NCBI GenBank assembly: GCA_016208765.1
Contig: JACQXK010000032.1
Coordinates: 118,385 to 182,384 of the forward strand
Direction of reading: 5' to 3'
From: Candidatus Omnitrophota bacterium
GTDB taxonomy: Bacteria; Omnitrophota; Gorgyraeia; Gygaellales; Profunditerraquicolaceae
DNA length: 64,000 nucleotides
The notes beneath the pieces were generated by a model. That model was not told the DNA's origin and searched no databases. It saw only the letters and a program-made list of their open reading frames with translations. Position 1 is the first letter of the stretch. The number at the start of each line of letters is the position of its first letter. Below are positions 9,774 through 18,458 of this stretch, in pieces. The translations under genes were made by a program, and so were the position numbers.

Positions 9774-10841
9774 TTAACTTATTACCCTTTCAATAAAACC
9801 TCCCCCCACAACAGTATCTTTATCATAAAATACAGCTGACTGCCCGGGGGTAATGGCAAATTGCGCTTTACGAAAAACTACTTTGCATCTTCCTCTTAAA
9901 GGCAGGATGTCTGCCAAAGCTTCTTTGTGATTATACCTTATCCGCACTTTAAGAGCAACTTTCTTTTTTATCGGCCCTAAGATAAAATGCGCCTTTTTGA
10001 TTAAAAAAGATTTCTTGCAGGCTTGCTCTCTTGTGCCGACAACTAATTGGTTCTTTTTGACATCAATCCGGTTAATATACAAAGGATATCCCCTGGAAAC
10101 ACCAAGCCCCTGCCGCTGGCCAATTGTATAAAAAGCAATACCATTGTGCTGTCCCAGCACATTTGCTTTTTCATCTGTTATCAAACCTTTTTTTAGTGCC
10201 TGCGGAATATGCTTTTTAAGAAAATCACGGTAATCACTGTTTGCCAAAAAACAGATTTCCTGGCTGTCAGCTTTTTTAGCTACCGGAAGCTTAAATTTCA
10301 CAGCCAATTCCCGCACCTGTTGCTTTGTAAAGCCTGCTAAAGGAAAAATTATATTTTTGAGCTGCGCCTGAGAAAGCCGGTACAAGAAATATGATTGATC
10401 CTTGCTCAAATCCCCGGCTTTTTTTAAAAGATATTCCTGCTGTCTTGTTTTACTCCCGGATAGATGCACTATTCTTGCGTAGTGGCCGGTAGCAATCTTA
10501 TCAGCACCCAGGGCCTTAGCGTTATTTATCAAAATTCCAAATTTGATATACTGGTTACATTTTACGCAAGGATTTGGAGTTTTCCCGGAAAGGTATTCAT
10601 TCAAAAAGTCTTTAATCACAATGCCTTTAAAACTGTCTTTCAAATTTACAACATAATGTTTTATTCCTAATTTTGCGCAGACCCTCTTGGCATCTATGAT
10701 ATTTTTATTTGGCGCAGATCCTTTCCGTATCCCAAAATCCATGGTGATCCCGAATATATCAAAACCCTGTTGCTTAAGTAAACACGCTGCCACCGAGGAA
10801 TCAACCCCTCCGCTCATTGCCACTGCCACGCGTAATGCCAT
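9774..10841 (-). CDS. mnmA: tRNA 2-thiouridine(34) synthase
   Basis: AMSGGVDSSVAA, TPNPCVKCN, ATGHY, KDQSYFL, DSQEICF, TIGQRQGL, TPGQSAVFY. Confidence 0.96.
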   Translation of the reverse strand: MALRVAVAMSGGVDSSVAACLLKQQGFDIFGITMDFGIRKGSAPNKNIIDAKRVCAKLGIKHYVVNLKDSFKGIVIKDFLNEYLSGKTPNPCVKCNQYIKFGILINNAKALGADKIATGHYARIVHLSGSKTRQQEYLLKKAGDLSKDQSYFLYRLSQAQLKNIIFPLAGFTKQQVRELAVKFKLPVAKKADSQEICFLANSDYRDFLKKHIPQALKKGLITDEKANVLGQHNGIAFYTIGQRQGLGVSRGYPLYINRIDVKKNQLVVGTREQACKKSFLIKKAHFILGPIKKKVALKVRIRYNHKEALADILPLRGRCKVVFRKAQFAITPGQSAVFYDKDTVVGGGFIERVIS

Positions 10842-10845
10842 AAGC

Positions 10846-11136
10846 CTATTTCACCCTGTCAATTTTCTTTAAATTAAAATACCCTAACACCTTAACTTTT
10901 GCCGAGGACTTCTCTACCAGCCAATCATGGTATTTATTCATAAAACTGTCATGCTCGGCTTTACTTTTCCATTCATAAACAGAGGCATATTGATTCTTGA
11001 AATCATATCTCTTCACGGTATGATACGAAATAAAACCTTTCGCCTTTCGGGCATAACCTGCCCACATCTTGCTGTCCTTGCGGTATTTTCCAACTTCTTT
11101 AGGCTGGATCTCAAATAAAGCTACATGTATAAACAT
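10846..11136 (-). CDS. Antibiotic biosynthesis monooxygenase (ABM)-fold protein
   Basis: 96 aa with GFISY...YEWKSKAEH pattern of dimeric alpha/beta-barrel ABM proteins. Confidence 0.65.
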   Translation of the reverse strand: MFIHVALFEIQPKEVGKYRKDSKMWAGYARKAKGFISYHTVKRYDFKNQYASVYEWKSKAEHDSFMNKYHDWLVEKSSAKVKVLGYFNLKKIDRVK

Positions 11137-11163
11137 AGATGGGCCCCTTCTTTTTTTTAACTT

Positions 11164-12954
11164 CTACCATTCAAATTTTAATCCCGATTGGATCCAGCGC
11201 CCGGGCTGCAAAACTCCGGAAATCTCAGTATATTTCGCATTGCTGAAGTTGTCAATCTTTACAAACGGCTCAAAGATATAATCCCGGTAGTGGATTTTTT
11301 TGCCTAAATATAAGTTACCCACAAAATAAGTTTCCCCATAATACCTCTGGTTATAAGATAACTGAAAATTAGCCTCCAGCCCTAAAAAACCGGAGAAAAT
11401 CTCCAAAAGATACCGGTGTTTAAGAATATCCAGTGCATATTTTGAAAGAAAACCCCCTGTATTTTTATCTGCCAACATATAGTTATATGAAAAAGCGGCT
11501 TTATCAAATGAGGCATATTTAAATTTCAAATTTGTCTTTAGCTTTGATTTAAACTCAACTCCCCAGAAATCCACCTTGCCTAAATTTGTTGCCTGCCAGG
11601 GGTCAGCTGTGGTTGCGCGCGTCCAATCAATCAAATTATGCCCTTTGCGCAAGAATCCATCAAGCCCAAGTTCAAGGATATTCTGAGCATAATCAAAGCC
11701 TATCCTAAAATTATCAGATTTCTCCGGTTTTAATTCAGGATTTCCCTTATTTGCCGCATCAGAATAATAAAGTTCCGTAAAAGTGGGTATCCTGAAGGAA
11801 TGGCCAAATGAACCGTTAACTTTTAACCGCTCTTTGATCAGATCATACCCTAAGCCTGCGCTATATGTCTCTTCGTCTCCCCATTGCTGATAATTATCAG
11901 CGCGAAAACGCAGATCCGCAGTAAACTTGTCTCCAAGCTTAGGAACTATTCCAAATGAGCCTGCCTGATGAAAACGAGAGTGTTTTCCTAAATTAGTAGA
12001 ATTAATCTGATCCTCTGCGATATTTACTCCAAAAACAAAATCTGCTAAACGCGCAGGAATTTCCAACTCTGAATCAATGCCGGAAAGATACGTTGTGTGA
12101 TAATTTACAGAAGTAGGATTATTTCTTCTTAAAATAAACTTGTCGCGGTGTTTCCTGAAAAATAAATTATCCTTAAGCTTGCCAAGGGAAAAATCTGAGG
12201 TATGCCCAAGTTTTGTAAAAACTGTTTCAGTATGCTCTTCTTCTTCCGGAAATAAATTAGAATAAAAACTATCTGCTCCAAAATCTTTCTTCTGATAACC
12301 AAACAAGGCATTGATATTTGTCTGGGCGAGGTCTTTATCTATGTAAAAAGAAGCTGTTTTATATTCAAAATCTGTGTTTGGGCGCGCAGCCTTTGCAATT
12401 TTGTGGTCAAATGAGACGCGCGTAGAAAAACTCTCCTGCGGCAGGCTTAAAGAAAATGACTGTCCGAATAAAGCATGCTCGCCGAAAAGCGTATCAATAT
12501 TTAATGATTTCTTAACAGGTTTCTTAACGATAAAATTTACGCTCCCTGCAAAGGCACCGTTTCCATAAAGAGACCCCACCCCGGTCTTATCAATTTCTAT
12601 TTTTTCCAAATCATACTGAGTAAGAGGAATATCCAAATTATGATGGCCGGTCTGAGGGTCATTAACATTTACCCCATCTATCAAGATTCCCACCTGCTCA
12701 TAGGTAGAGCCGTTTAAAGAAAGATCAGATTGAATACCAAATGGGCCGCGGTTACGTAAATCAACCCCTGCCACCCTATCAAGCACTTCAACCGGAGAAT
12801 TAACATTTTCTTTGCGTATTTGAGATCCGCTAAGGCTCTCAAAAGAATAATTAACAGGCCTGATCACAATATCATCAAGCTTGTATTTATCTTCTGCCCC
12901 CGCTAAAGAAAAGACTGCAAAGATTATTAAAATAACAGAAATAATTATTTTCAT
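11164..12954 (-). CDS. TonB-dependent outer-membrane receptor
   Basis: Signal peptide, plug motif (GVDLRNRG...ILIDGV...LEKIEI...LYGNGAFAGSVN), FRIPTFTELYY...GNPELKPE, C-terminal aromatic FEW. Confidence 0.92.
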   Translation of the reverse strand: MKIIISVILIIFAVFSLAGAEDKYKLDDIVIRPVNYSFESLSGSQIRKENVNSPVEVLDRVAGVDLRNRGPFGIQSDLSLNGSTYEQVGILIDGVNVNDPQTGHHNLDIPLTQYDLEKIEIDKTGVGSLYGNGAFAGSVNFIVKKPVKKSLNIDTLFGEHALFGQSFSLSLPQESFSTRVSFDHKIAKAARPNTDFEYKTASFYIDKDLAQTNINALFGYQKKDFGADSFYSNLFPEEEEHTETVFTKLGHTSDFSLGKLKDNLFFRKHRDKFILRRNNPTSVNYHTTYLSGIDSELEIPARLADFVFGVNIAEDQINSTNLGKHSRFHQAGSFGIVPKLGDKFTADLRFRADNYQQWGDEETYSAGLGYDLIKERLKVNGSFGHSFRIPTFTELYYSDAANKGNPELKPEKSDNFRIGFDYAQNILELGLDGFLRKGHNLIDWTRATTADPWQATNLGKVDFWGVEFKSKLKTNLKFKYASFDKAAFSYNYMLADKNTGGFLSKYALDILKHRYLLEIFSGFLGLEANFQLSYNQRYYGETYFVGNLYLGKKIHYRDYIFEPFVKIDNFSNAKYTEISGVLQPGRWIQSGLKFEW

Positions 12955-12980
12955 TACTTATAAACTCCGCATCTTACTTC

Positions 12981-13021
12981 AGATTCTTCCCCTTCGCCTT
13001 CGGCTCAGGGTCAGAATGACG
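12981..13021. repeat. Half copy of a GTCATT-type small palindromic repeat in the receptor leader
   Basis: Minus strand cGTCATTCTGACCCTGAGCCGAAGGCGAAGGGGAAGAATCT. Same layout as the left arm of 23853-23930 (GTCATT...CGAAG...AATCT). Confidence 0.65.
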
Positions 13022-13036
13022 CGTTCCGTAATTGTA

Positions 13037-13077
13037 CAAAAAAATAAACCGGCTTTTATTATATAAAGGCCGGTTCA
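13037..13077 (-). terminator. Intrinsic terminator downstream of birA
   Basis: Minus strand AACCGGCCTTTA-loop-TAAAAGCCGGTT followed by TATTTTTTT. Confidence 0.7.
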
Positions 13078-13085
13078 ACTGTCAA
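13058..13085 (-). promoter_or_regulatory. Consensus sigma70 promoter for the TonB-dependent receptor
   Basis: Minus strand TTGACA (13085-13080), 16-nt spacer, TATAAT (13063-13058). Both hexamers are perfect. Confidence 0.8.
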
Positions 13086-13110
13086 CTAATTTTATTTTTT
13101 CAGTTTACAA
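13080..13110. promoter_or_regulatory. BirA-type operator (biotin repressor site)
   Basis: Minus strand TTGTAAAC-N16-GTTGACA, matching the known BirA palindrome TGT(A/T/C)AAC-N14-16-GTT(T/A/G)ACA. It abuts the birA stop and overlaps the -35 box. Confidence 0.7.
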
Positions 13111-14067
13111 TTACCTGCAATGCACAACATCCCCAGATAAGACCCTTTCAATTACCCCGGTGTCTCTTCTTACAAGAAGGCCCCCGTCAGTATCAATGTC
13201 AACCGCATCGCCTTCAATATGCTGCTTCTGGCAATAAACTTTTATGCGCCTTCCCAGAGTAATATTATAATGCCGCCATTTCTCAAGGATTTTCCCCCGG
13301 CCCTTATCCTGAAGAAGCAAATAATTCTCCTCCATTTTCAATAATATCTCCTGCAGTAATTTAACACGGTTAACTTCCTCTTTTTTCTCTTCCTTTAAAG
13401 AAGTTGCCTGGCTGACCAGGGCCTTTAAATCATTATTCACATTCAGCCCCAGGCCAATAACAACAAAATTAACCTTGTCAATCTCTGCATTAAGTTCCGT
13501 CAATATTCCGCCTATTTTCTTATTGCCAATTAACAAATCATTTGGCCATTTGATCTGCAGATCTAAATTACAGGCATCTTTTACTGCTTCACAGATACTT
13601 ACTGCCGCAAGAAGCGTTAGCAAAGAGGCCTGATTAGGTAAAATCTTCGGCCTTAAGATTATTGATAAATAAATCCCTTTATGTTTAGGTGAAAACCAAA
13701 TACGCCCGAGCCTGCCACGGCCCTTTGTCTGTGTCTCAGCAATAATTAATGCCCCATCAGCAGCTGATTTCATTCCTAACTCTACGGCTACATCCATTGT
13801 TGAAGAAAGCGCATCGTAATAGTATATCTTTCTTCCGAAAAATTTGGTTTTTAAGCCTGAAAGTACTTCGGCAGCAAACAAGCGGTCAGGCGCACTATCC
13901 AAACGATACCCCAAATGAGGCACGGCTACAATTTCGTAACCGGCATCACGCAACTCCTGAATATGCTTCCAAAGCGCCTGGCGAGTTATTCCAAGTTTAT
14001 GGCTCAACTGGTCCCCGGAAAAATACCCGTCTTCCTTTCTTAAGAAATCTAAGATTTTTTCCTGCAT
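13111..14067 (-). CDS. birA: Bifunctional biotin-protein ligase / biotin repressor (class II, with wHTH)
   Basis: N-terminal SGDQLSHKLGITRQALWKHI...GYRL HTH; QTKGRGRLGRIW, KWPND, KIGGILTE. Confidence 0.96.
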   Translation of the reverse strand: MQEKILDFLRKEDGYFSGDQLSHKLGITRQALWKHIQELRDAGYEIVAVPHLGYRLDSAPDRLFAAEVLSGLKTKFFGRKIYYYDALSSTMDVAVELGMKSAADGALIIAETQTKGRGRLGRIWFSPKHKGIYLSIILRPKILPNQASLLTLLAAVSICEAVKDACNLDLQIKWPNDLLIGNKKIGGILTELNAEIDKVNFVVIGLGLNVNNDLKALVSQATSLKEEKKEEVNRVKLLQEILLKMEENYLLLQDKGRGKILEKWRHYNITLGRRIKVYCQKQHIEGDAVDIDTDGGLLVRRDTGVIERVLSGDVVHCR

Positions 14068-14876
14068 AAATAATCCTTTAAGTTCTCATTTAAGCTGCCG
14101 GTACGATAACCTGCCAAATCTAAAGTTACATAATTATAGCCGGCCTCTTTTAAACCCTTAAGCACTCTTAAACGTTTACTCACTAACAGAGGAACATATT
14201 TCTTCTCCACTTCAATCCGGCATAACTCGCGATAATCCCTTACCCTTACCTGTCTAAACCCGATTTTCTTTAAAAAAGATTCTGCCTTTTGAATCCGGCT
14301 AAGCACATCAGCAGTAATTTTTATACCATAAGGCACTCTTGAAGCAAGGCAGGCCATGCTTGGCTTATCCCAAGTATCAAGTTTCATCTTTTTGCTTAAC
14401 TTACGAATATCTTTTTTAGTAAAACCAGCATCTACAAGCGGAGAAAAAACCCCTAATTCTTTTAAAGCAGTTCTCCCGGGCCTAAAGTCTTTCTCATCGG
14501 AAATATTACTGGCGTCAATAACACAACTAAGCCCATATTTACGCGCCAGACCTTTAAGCCGTAAAAACAAATCCTTCTTGCAAAAATAACAACGCTGATA
14601 AGAATTCCGCACAAATTTTTTGTTTTCTAACTCAGCTGTATTAATTATTTTATGCCTTACGCCTATTTTTCTAGCAAATTTCTTTGCAGATAATAGTTCC
14701 TCCTGCGGATATGTCTTGGAATTTGCTGTTATAGCAAGCAAGTTATTCTTTGGGAGGACCCCGGCGCAAAGGCTCAAAAGAAATGAGCTGTCCAAGCCTC
14801 CTGAAAAAGCTATCAGGCAAGAGCCGCAATCTCTAATAATTTGTTTTAATTTGTTTAATTTTCTCTCAAAGGCCAT
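14049..14876 (-). CDS. larE: LarE-family ATP-dependent sulfur transferase (PP-loop)
   Basis: AFSGGLDSS, RCYFCK, DFRPG, WDKPSMACLASRVPYG, GFRQVRVR, GYRTGSLN. Start moved to MAFERK (14876). Confidence 0.88.
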   Translation of the reverse strand: MAFERKLNKLKQIIRDCGSCLIAFSGGLDSSFLLSLCAGVLPKNNLLAITANSKTYPQEELLSAKKFARKIGVRHKIINTAELENKKFVRNSYQRCYFCKKDLFLRLKGLARKYGLSCVIDASNISDEKDFRPGRTALKELGVFSPLVDAGFTKKDIRKLSKKMKLDTWDKPSMACLASRVPYGIKITADVLSRIQKAESFLKKIGFRQVRVRDYRELCRIEVEKKYVPLLVSKRLRVLKGLKEAGYNYVTLDLAGYRTGSLNENLKDYLCRKKS

Positions 14877-15283
14877 CAAAAACGCACTTCCATCGCTCTC
14901 GTCGGGCAGATCCTTACGCACAACTCGCAGGCAATACACTTTTTATCATGGAAAATTATTTTGCGGGATTCCTGGTCAACCGTCAAAGCGCCGGCAGGAC
15001 AAATCGGAACACACACTCCGCAATGGGTGCATTTTTCTTCATTGCGAATAACATCCTGGCTCAAAGGCTGGATCTTGACACCGCAGGAGTTTAAATATTC
15101 AATCCCTTTGTCAAAATTCTCCTTTTTACCGGTAAGTTCAAGGACCATCAAGCCCTCTTCCTGCGGAGTAACAGAGGCTTTAAGGATGTTGAATTTTAAA
15201 TCAAATTCCTTGACCAGTTTATAAACAATCGGCTGATCCACCAAGCGATGAGGAAAATGTAAAACTATTCGTTTGGAAGTCAT
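14876..15283 (-). CDS. NIL domain + 2[4Fe-4S] ferredoxin (partner of aspartate-semialdehyde sulfurtransferase)
   Basis: DQPIVYKLVKEFDLKFNILKA (NIL), CTHCGVCVPICP, CIACELCVRICP. Confidence 0.9.
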   Translation of the reverse strand: MTSKRIVLHFPHRLVDQPIVYKLVKEFDLKFNILKASVTPQEEGLMVLELTGKKENFDKGIEYLNSCGVKIQPLSQDVIRNEEKCTHCGVCVPICPAGALTVDQESRKIIFHDKKCIACELCVRICPTRAMEVRF

Positions 15284-15293
15284 ATATCTCTCC

Positions 15294-16499
15294 TTAGCTT
15301 AACGATGGATTTTGTTTTAAAGGCTTAAATGCATACCCGGATTCAGCTCCCGGGATGTTTGCCACCGGCTCGCTCAAAGTAAAATCGCCTTTTTTGATCC
15401 ATGACTTAAGTGTTTCTGCGATTTCGCGCGCTTTGGAATAACTGGATAAATTACCCGTCGGTATTTCTTTATTCTGCACAACGATCTTACCTGTCTTAAG
15501 CTGCGCATAACTCACCTGAGCAAGCGAGCCTGGAATACAATTAGGATAATTGTTGCTATAATCAATTACCTGCGTAAATATTTCCTCATCTCTTGCTGCG
15601 GCATATTTAACAACATCTTCATCTAAAACAGGTATCGGCACGCCGATCCCGACAATCATGGTTACCCCATAACCAACCATACTTGTCCCCACCAGCCACT
15701 CCGGCTTCATTTGCTTTAAATCCCCGATGACTGCCAATGTGCCTGCAGGGACCTTTGGAATGCCATTATCAGACCTTGGCACACCGGGGTTATGCTGAGT
15801 GCCGTGCCAGGCGACAAAACCAATGCCTCCTCCAAGGAATATCTTTGTTCCCACACCTATGGTTTTATAGCAGGGGTCTTTTAAAAGCGGAGAAAGCTGT
15901 CCTGCCGAGCAATAATTAGCATTGCCTAAATTCGGCTTCAATACACCCATATAGGTATAGACCATTTTATCCGACAAGTTAACAGCCACATTATAATTCT
16001 GATAGCAGTTGCGTATATTAAATAAAACTGCTTCATTTAGGTCTTTAAGATTAATTGCAGTTTCTAATTTTTTTAAAGGATAACAATCCGTGCCATAAGC
16101 CGTTGCCTCCAAAGATACATTTTTGCCTTCCAAAAGTTCATGAATAACATGCCCTCCGCCATATTTAAATTCACCCGGATAAACCTTGTTACGCGGGTCA
16201 TCGTCGGGGATAGCAGTTGCACCCAGAAAAATATCAACCGCAGCAAGCCCTGTATAGGCAGGGACATCGTTTAGCTTACACACTCCTCCGCCTAATTTAA
16301 TTCGCGGCTTGGAGTGGCCAATATTAAAATAAGCGCCTGATGAACACATCGGGCCGAAAGTGCCGGTAGTAACCACATCTACTTCCTGCGCAACCTTCTT
16401 TAAGCCTTTTTTCTCAACCAAATCAGCCACTTCCTCAGCGGTAACAACCACTGCCTCGCCCTTCCTGATCTTTTCATTGATTTCTTTTATTGTCTTCAT
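15294..16499 (-). CDS. DUF39 L-aspartate semialdehyde sulfurtransferase (homocysteine biosynthesis)
   Basis: KTIKEINEKI...VVVTAEE, DVVTTGTFGPMCSSGA, YGGGHVI, GTDCYP, RNCYQNY, GTQHNP. Adjacent to the NIL-ferredoxin, as with methanogen MA1821/MA1822. Confidence 0.9.
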   Translation of the reverse strand: MKTIKEINEKIRKGEAVVVTAEEVADLVEKKGLKKVAQEVDVVTTGTFGPMCSSGAYFNIGHSKPRIKLGGGVCKLNDVPAYTGLAAVDIFLGATAIPDDDPRNKVYPGEFKYGGGHVIHELLEGKNVSLEATAYGTDCYPLKKLETAINLKDLNEAVLFNIRNCYQNYNVAVNLSDKMVYTYMGVLKPNLGNANYCSAGQLSPLLKDPCYKTIGVGTKIFLGGGIGFVAWHGTQHNPGVPRSDNGIPKVPAGTLAVIGDLKQMKPEWLVGTSMVGYGVTMIVGIGVPIPVLDEDVVKYAAARDEEIFTQVIDYSNNYPNCIPGSLAQVSYAQLKTGKIVVQNKEIPTGNLSSYSKAREIAETLKSWIKKGDFTLSEPVANIPGAESGYAFKPLKQNPSLS

Positions 16500-16510
16500 T
16501 GTGCTTGCCC

Positions 16511-16732
16511 CTAAACAGAGATAACCTCTTTTACCTCTGGAACTTCTTGTTTAAGTATTCTCTCAATCCCCATCTTTAATGTCATCTGGCTCATCGGGCA
16601 GCATCCACAAGCGCCCTTTAATTTTAATTTTACTACACCATCTGCGCTTACCTCTACTAATTCCACATTTCCACCGTCTGCCATAAGCATCGGCCTGATT
16701 TTTTCTAACGCCTTTTCTACTTTATCTTTCAT
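16511..16732 (-). CDS. NifU/NfuA-type Fe-S carrier
   Basis: [15 protein letters not shown]...[18 protein letters not shown]. Confidence 0.92.
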   Translation of the reverse strand: MKDKVEKALEKIRPMLMADGGNVELVEVSADGVVKLKLKGACGCCPMSQMTLKMGIERILKQEVPEVKEVISV

Positions 16733-16745
16733 AACTCTCTCCTTG

Positions 16746-17666
16746 TTATTTATACAATATCGTGCTTAAATATCTTTCTCCTGAATCAGGCAATATTACC
16801 ACAATAAGTTTTCCTTTATTTTCTTTTCTCTGTGCTATCTTTAAAGCTGCCCAAGCCGCGGCTCCGGAAGAAATACCGCACAAAATACCTTCCTGGCGAG
16901 CAAGTTTATTAGCAACCTGAACTGCATCTTCATCTGAAACAGCAATTACCTCATCAAGAATATCCCTATTTAAAACTTCAGGTATAAAACCTGCGCCTAT
17001 TCCCTGGATCATGTGCGGCCCGGGTTTTCCTCCGGACAAAACTGCAGAAGCTAAAGGCTCAACCGCAAATACTTGAAGCTTTGGGTTCTTCTTTTTTAAC
17101 ACTTCTGCAACCCCTGTTATTGTACCGCCGGTTCCCACGCCTGCAATCAAGATGTCAATCTTTCCGTCGGTATCACGCCAAATCTCAAGGGCAGTAGTCA
17201 GGCGATGCGCCTGCGGATTAGCTGGATTCTTAAATTGCTGCGGCAGGAAACATCTTTCACTGCTCTTTGCCAACTCTTCAGCTTTTTTAACCGCTCCATT
17301 CATACCCTCTTTTCCTGGAGTAAGCACAATTTCCGCACCAAAAGCAGATAACAGCTGCCTGCGCTCAATACTCATTGTATCCGGCATAGTTAAAACCAGC
17401 TTGTAGCCTTTCACTGCGCAAACAAAAGCCAAAGCAATCCCGGTATTCCCCGAGGTTGGTTCAATGATAATGGTATCAGGAGTAATTTTGCCTTCTTTTT
17501 CAGCCTGTTCAATCATGCTTAAACCAATACGATCCTTTAACGAAGAACAAGGATTAAAAGATTCCAATTTTGCCACAATTTCAGCGCTGCATCCTTGGGC
17601 AATCTTATTAAGGCGCACTAAAGGCGTGTTTCCAATCAACTCTGTAATATCTTTTGCGATTTTCAT
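16746..17666 (-). CDS. cysK: Cysteine synthase A
   Basis: [54 protein letters not shown] at 17666 follows a GAGGTG RBS. Confidence 0.95.
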   Translation of the reverse strand: MKIAKDITELIGNTPLVRLNKIAQGCSAEIVAKLESFNPCSSLKDRIGLSMIEQAEKEGKITPDTIIIEPTSGNTGIALAFVCAVKGYKLVLTMPDTMSIERRQLLSAFGAEIVLTPGKEGMNGAVKKAEELAKSSERCFLPQQFKNPANPQAHRLTTALEIWRDTDGKIDILIAGVGTGGTITGVAEVLKKKNPKLQVFAVEPLASAVLSGGKPGPHMIQGIGAGFIPEVLNRDILDEVIAVSDEDAVQVANKLARQEGILCGISSGAAAWAALKIAQRKENKGKLIVVILPDSGERYLSTILYK

Positions 17667-17678
17667 TTTATGCACCTC

Positions 17679-18119
17679 TTAAATTTGATAAACAAAATTT
17701 CCCTGAGATTTTCTGGATTTCTTTACTAAATCTTCAAAGGTAACTTCTTCAAGAATCTTCTCAGTAGCATTTGTTATTTTCTGCCAGATATCGCGAAAAA
17801 CACATTTATCAATGTCGCGGCACCTGCGGTATTTCTTATCAACGCAGGCAATCGGCTCAACCGGCCCTGCAACAAAACGCACAACCTCTAATAACCCAAT
17901 TTTAGAAGGATGCTTGGCCAATAGATACCCTCCGACTTTACCACGCCTGCTCTCTACAAAACCTCCGCGTTTTAAATCAAGAAGTATCTGCTCCAAAAAC
18001 TTGATGGGTATGTCAGAACGTTTAGCCAGCTCATGAATAGTTACCGGCTCCTCTCCATAATGTATGGCAAGGTTCAAAATTGTCTTTAAAGAATAATCGC
18101 TTTTATAAGTTATTCTCAT
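17679..18119 (-). CDS. Rrf2 family transcriptional regulator (IscR/CymR-like, three C-terminal Cys)
   Basis: FLEQILLDLKRGGFVESRRGKVGGYLLA; C..C..C in IACVDKKYRRCRDIDKC. Confidence 0.93.
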   Translation of the reverse strand: MRITYKSDYSLKTILNLAIHYGEEPVTIHELAKRSDIPIKFLEQILLDLKRGGFVESRRGKVGGYLLAKHPSKIGLLEVVRFVAGPVEPIACVDKKYRRCRDIDKCVFRDIWQKITNATEKILEEVTFEDLVKKSRKSQGNFVYQI

Positions 18120-18132
18120 CGTCCTTCTCTAT

Positions 18133-18180
18133 AATGTCTATTACATTAGTAGAGTTTACACGATAATTCAGCTTTGTCAA
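18133..18180 (-). promoter_or_regulatory. Sigma70 promoter and candidate Rrf2 operator for the sulfur operon
   Basis: Minus strand TTGACA (18180-18175), N16, TAAACT (18158-18153). Palindrome TCTA-N9-TAGA (18137-18153) just downstream; RBS AGAAGG before the ATG. Confidence 0.55.
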
Positions 18181-18251
18181 GTATTTTGTTAGGATTTTCA
18201 AAATGCTGCACAATTGATTTTATGTATTATACTGACAGCACAAGATAATTT

Positions 18252-18434
18252 AGCAATAAAAGTTTCTCTTCGCACACGAGATAATTTGGCGTCTTCTGCG
18301 GTTTATGACTCGCTTTCGTAACGGCTTACGCAAAAAACTCTATACTCTCGCTCGTCATAAATCCTTGAAGACTATAAATAATAACGCGTTGCCAAAAAAT
18401 CTCTGATTGTGTGCTAACAGAAACTTTTATTGCT
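18252..18434. repeat. ~183-bp palindromic MITE-like / structured element, copy A
   Basis: 16-bp terminal inverted repeat AGCAATAAAAGTTTCT/AGAAACTTTTATTGCT with nested stems. An inverted homolog lies at 27075-27255. Confidence 0.85.
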
Positions 18435-18458
18435 TTGTGCTTTGGATTTTATTTTGCG

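Noticed and set aside
12955-13110. Cobalamin riboswitch upstream of the BtuB-like receptor
   Set aside because: The predicted leader is only about 100 nt, no B12-box or GGGAA core is seen, and the space is explained by operator, promoter, terminator and a repeat arm.
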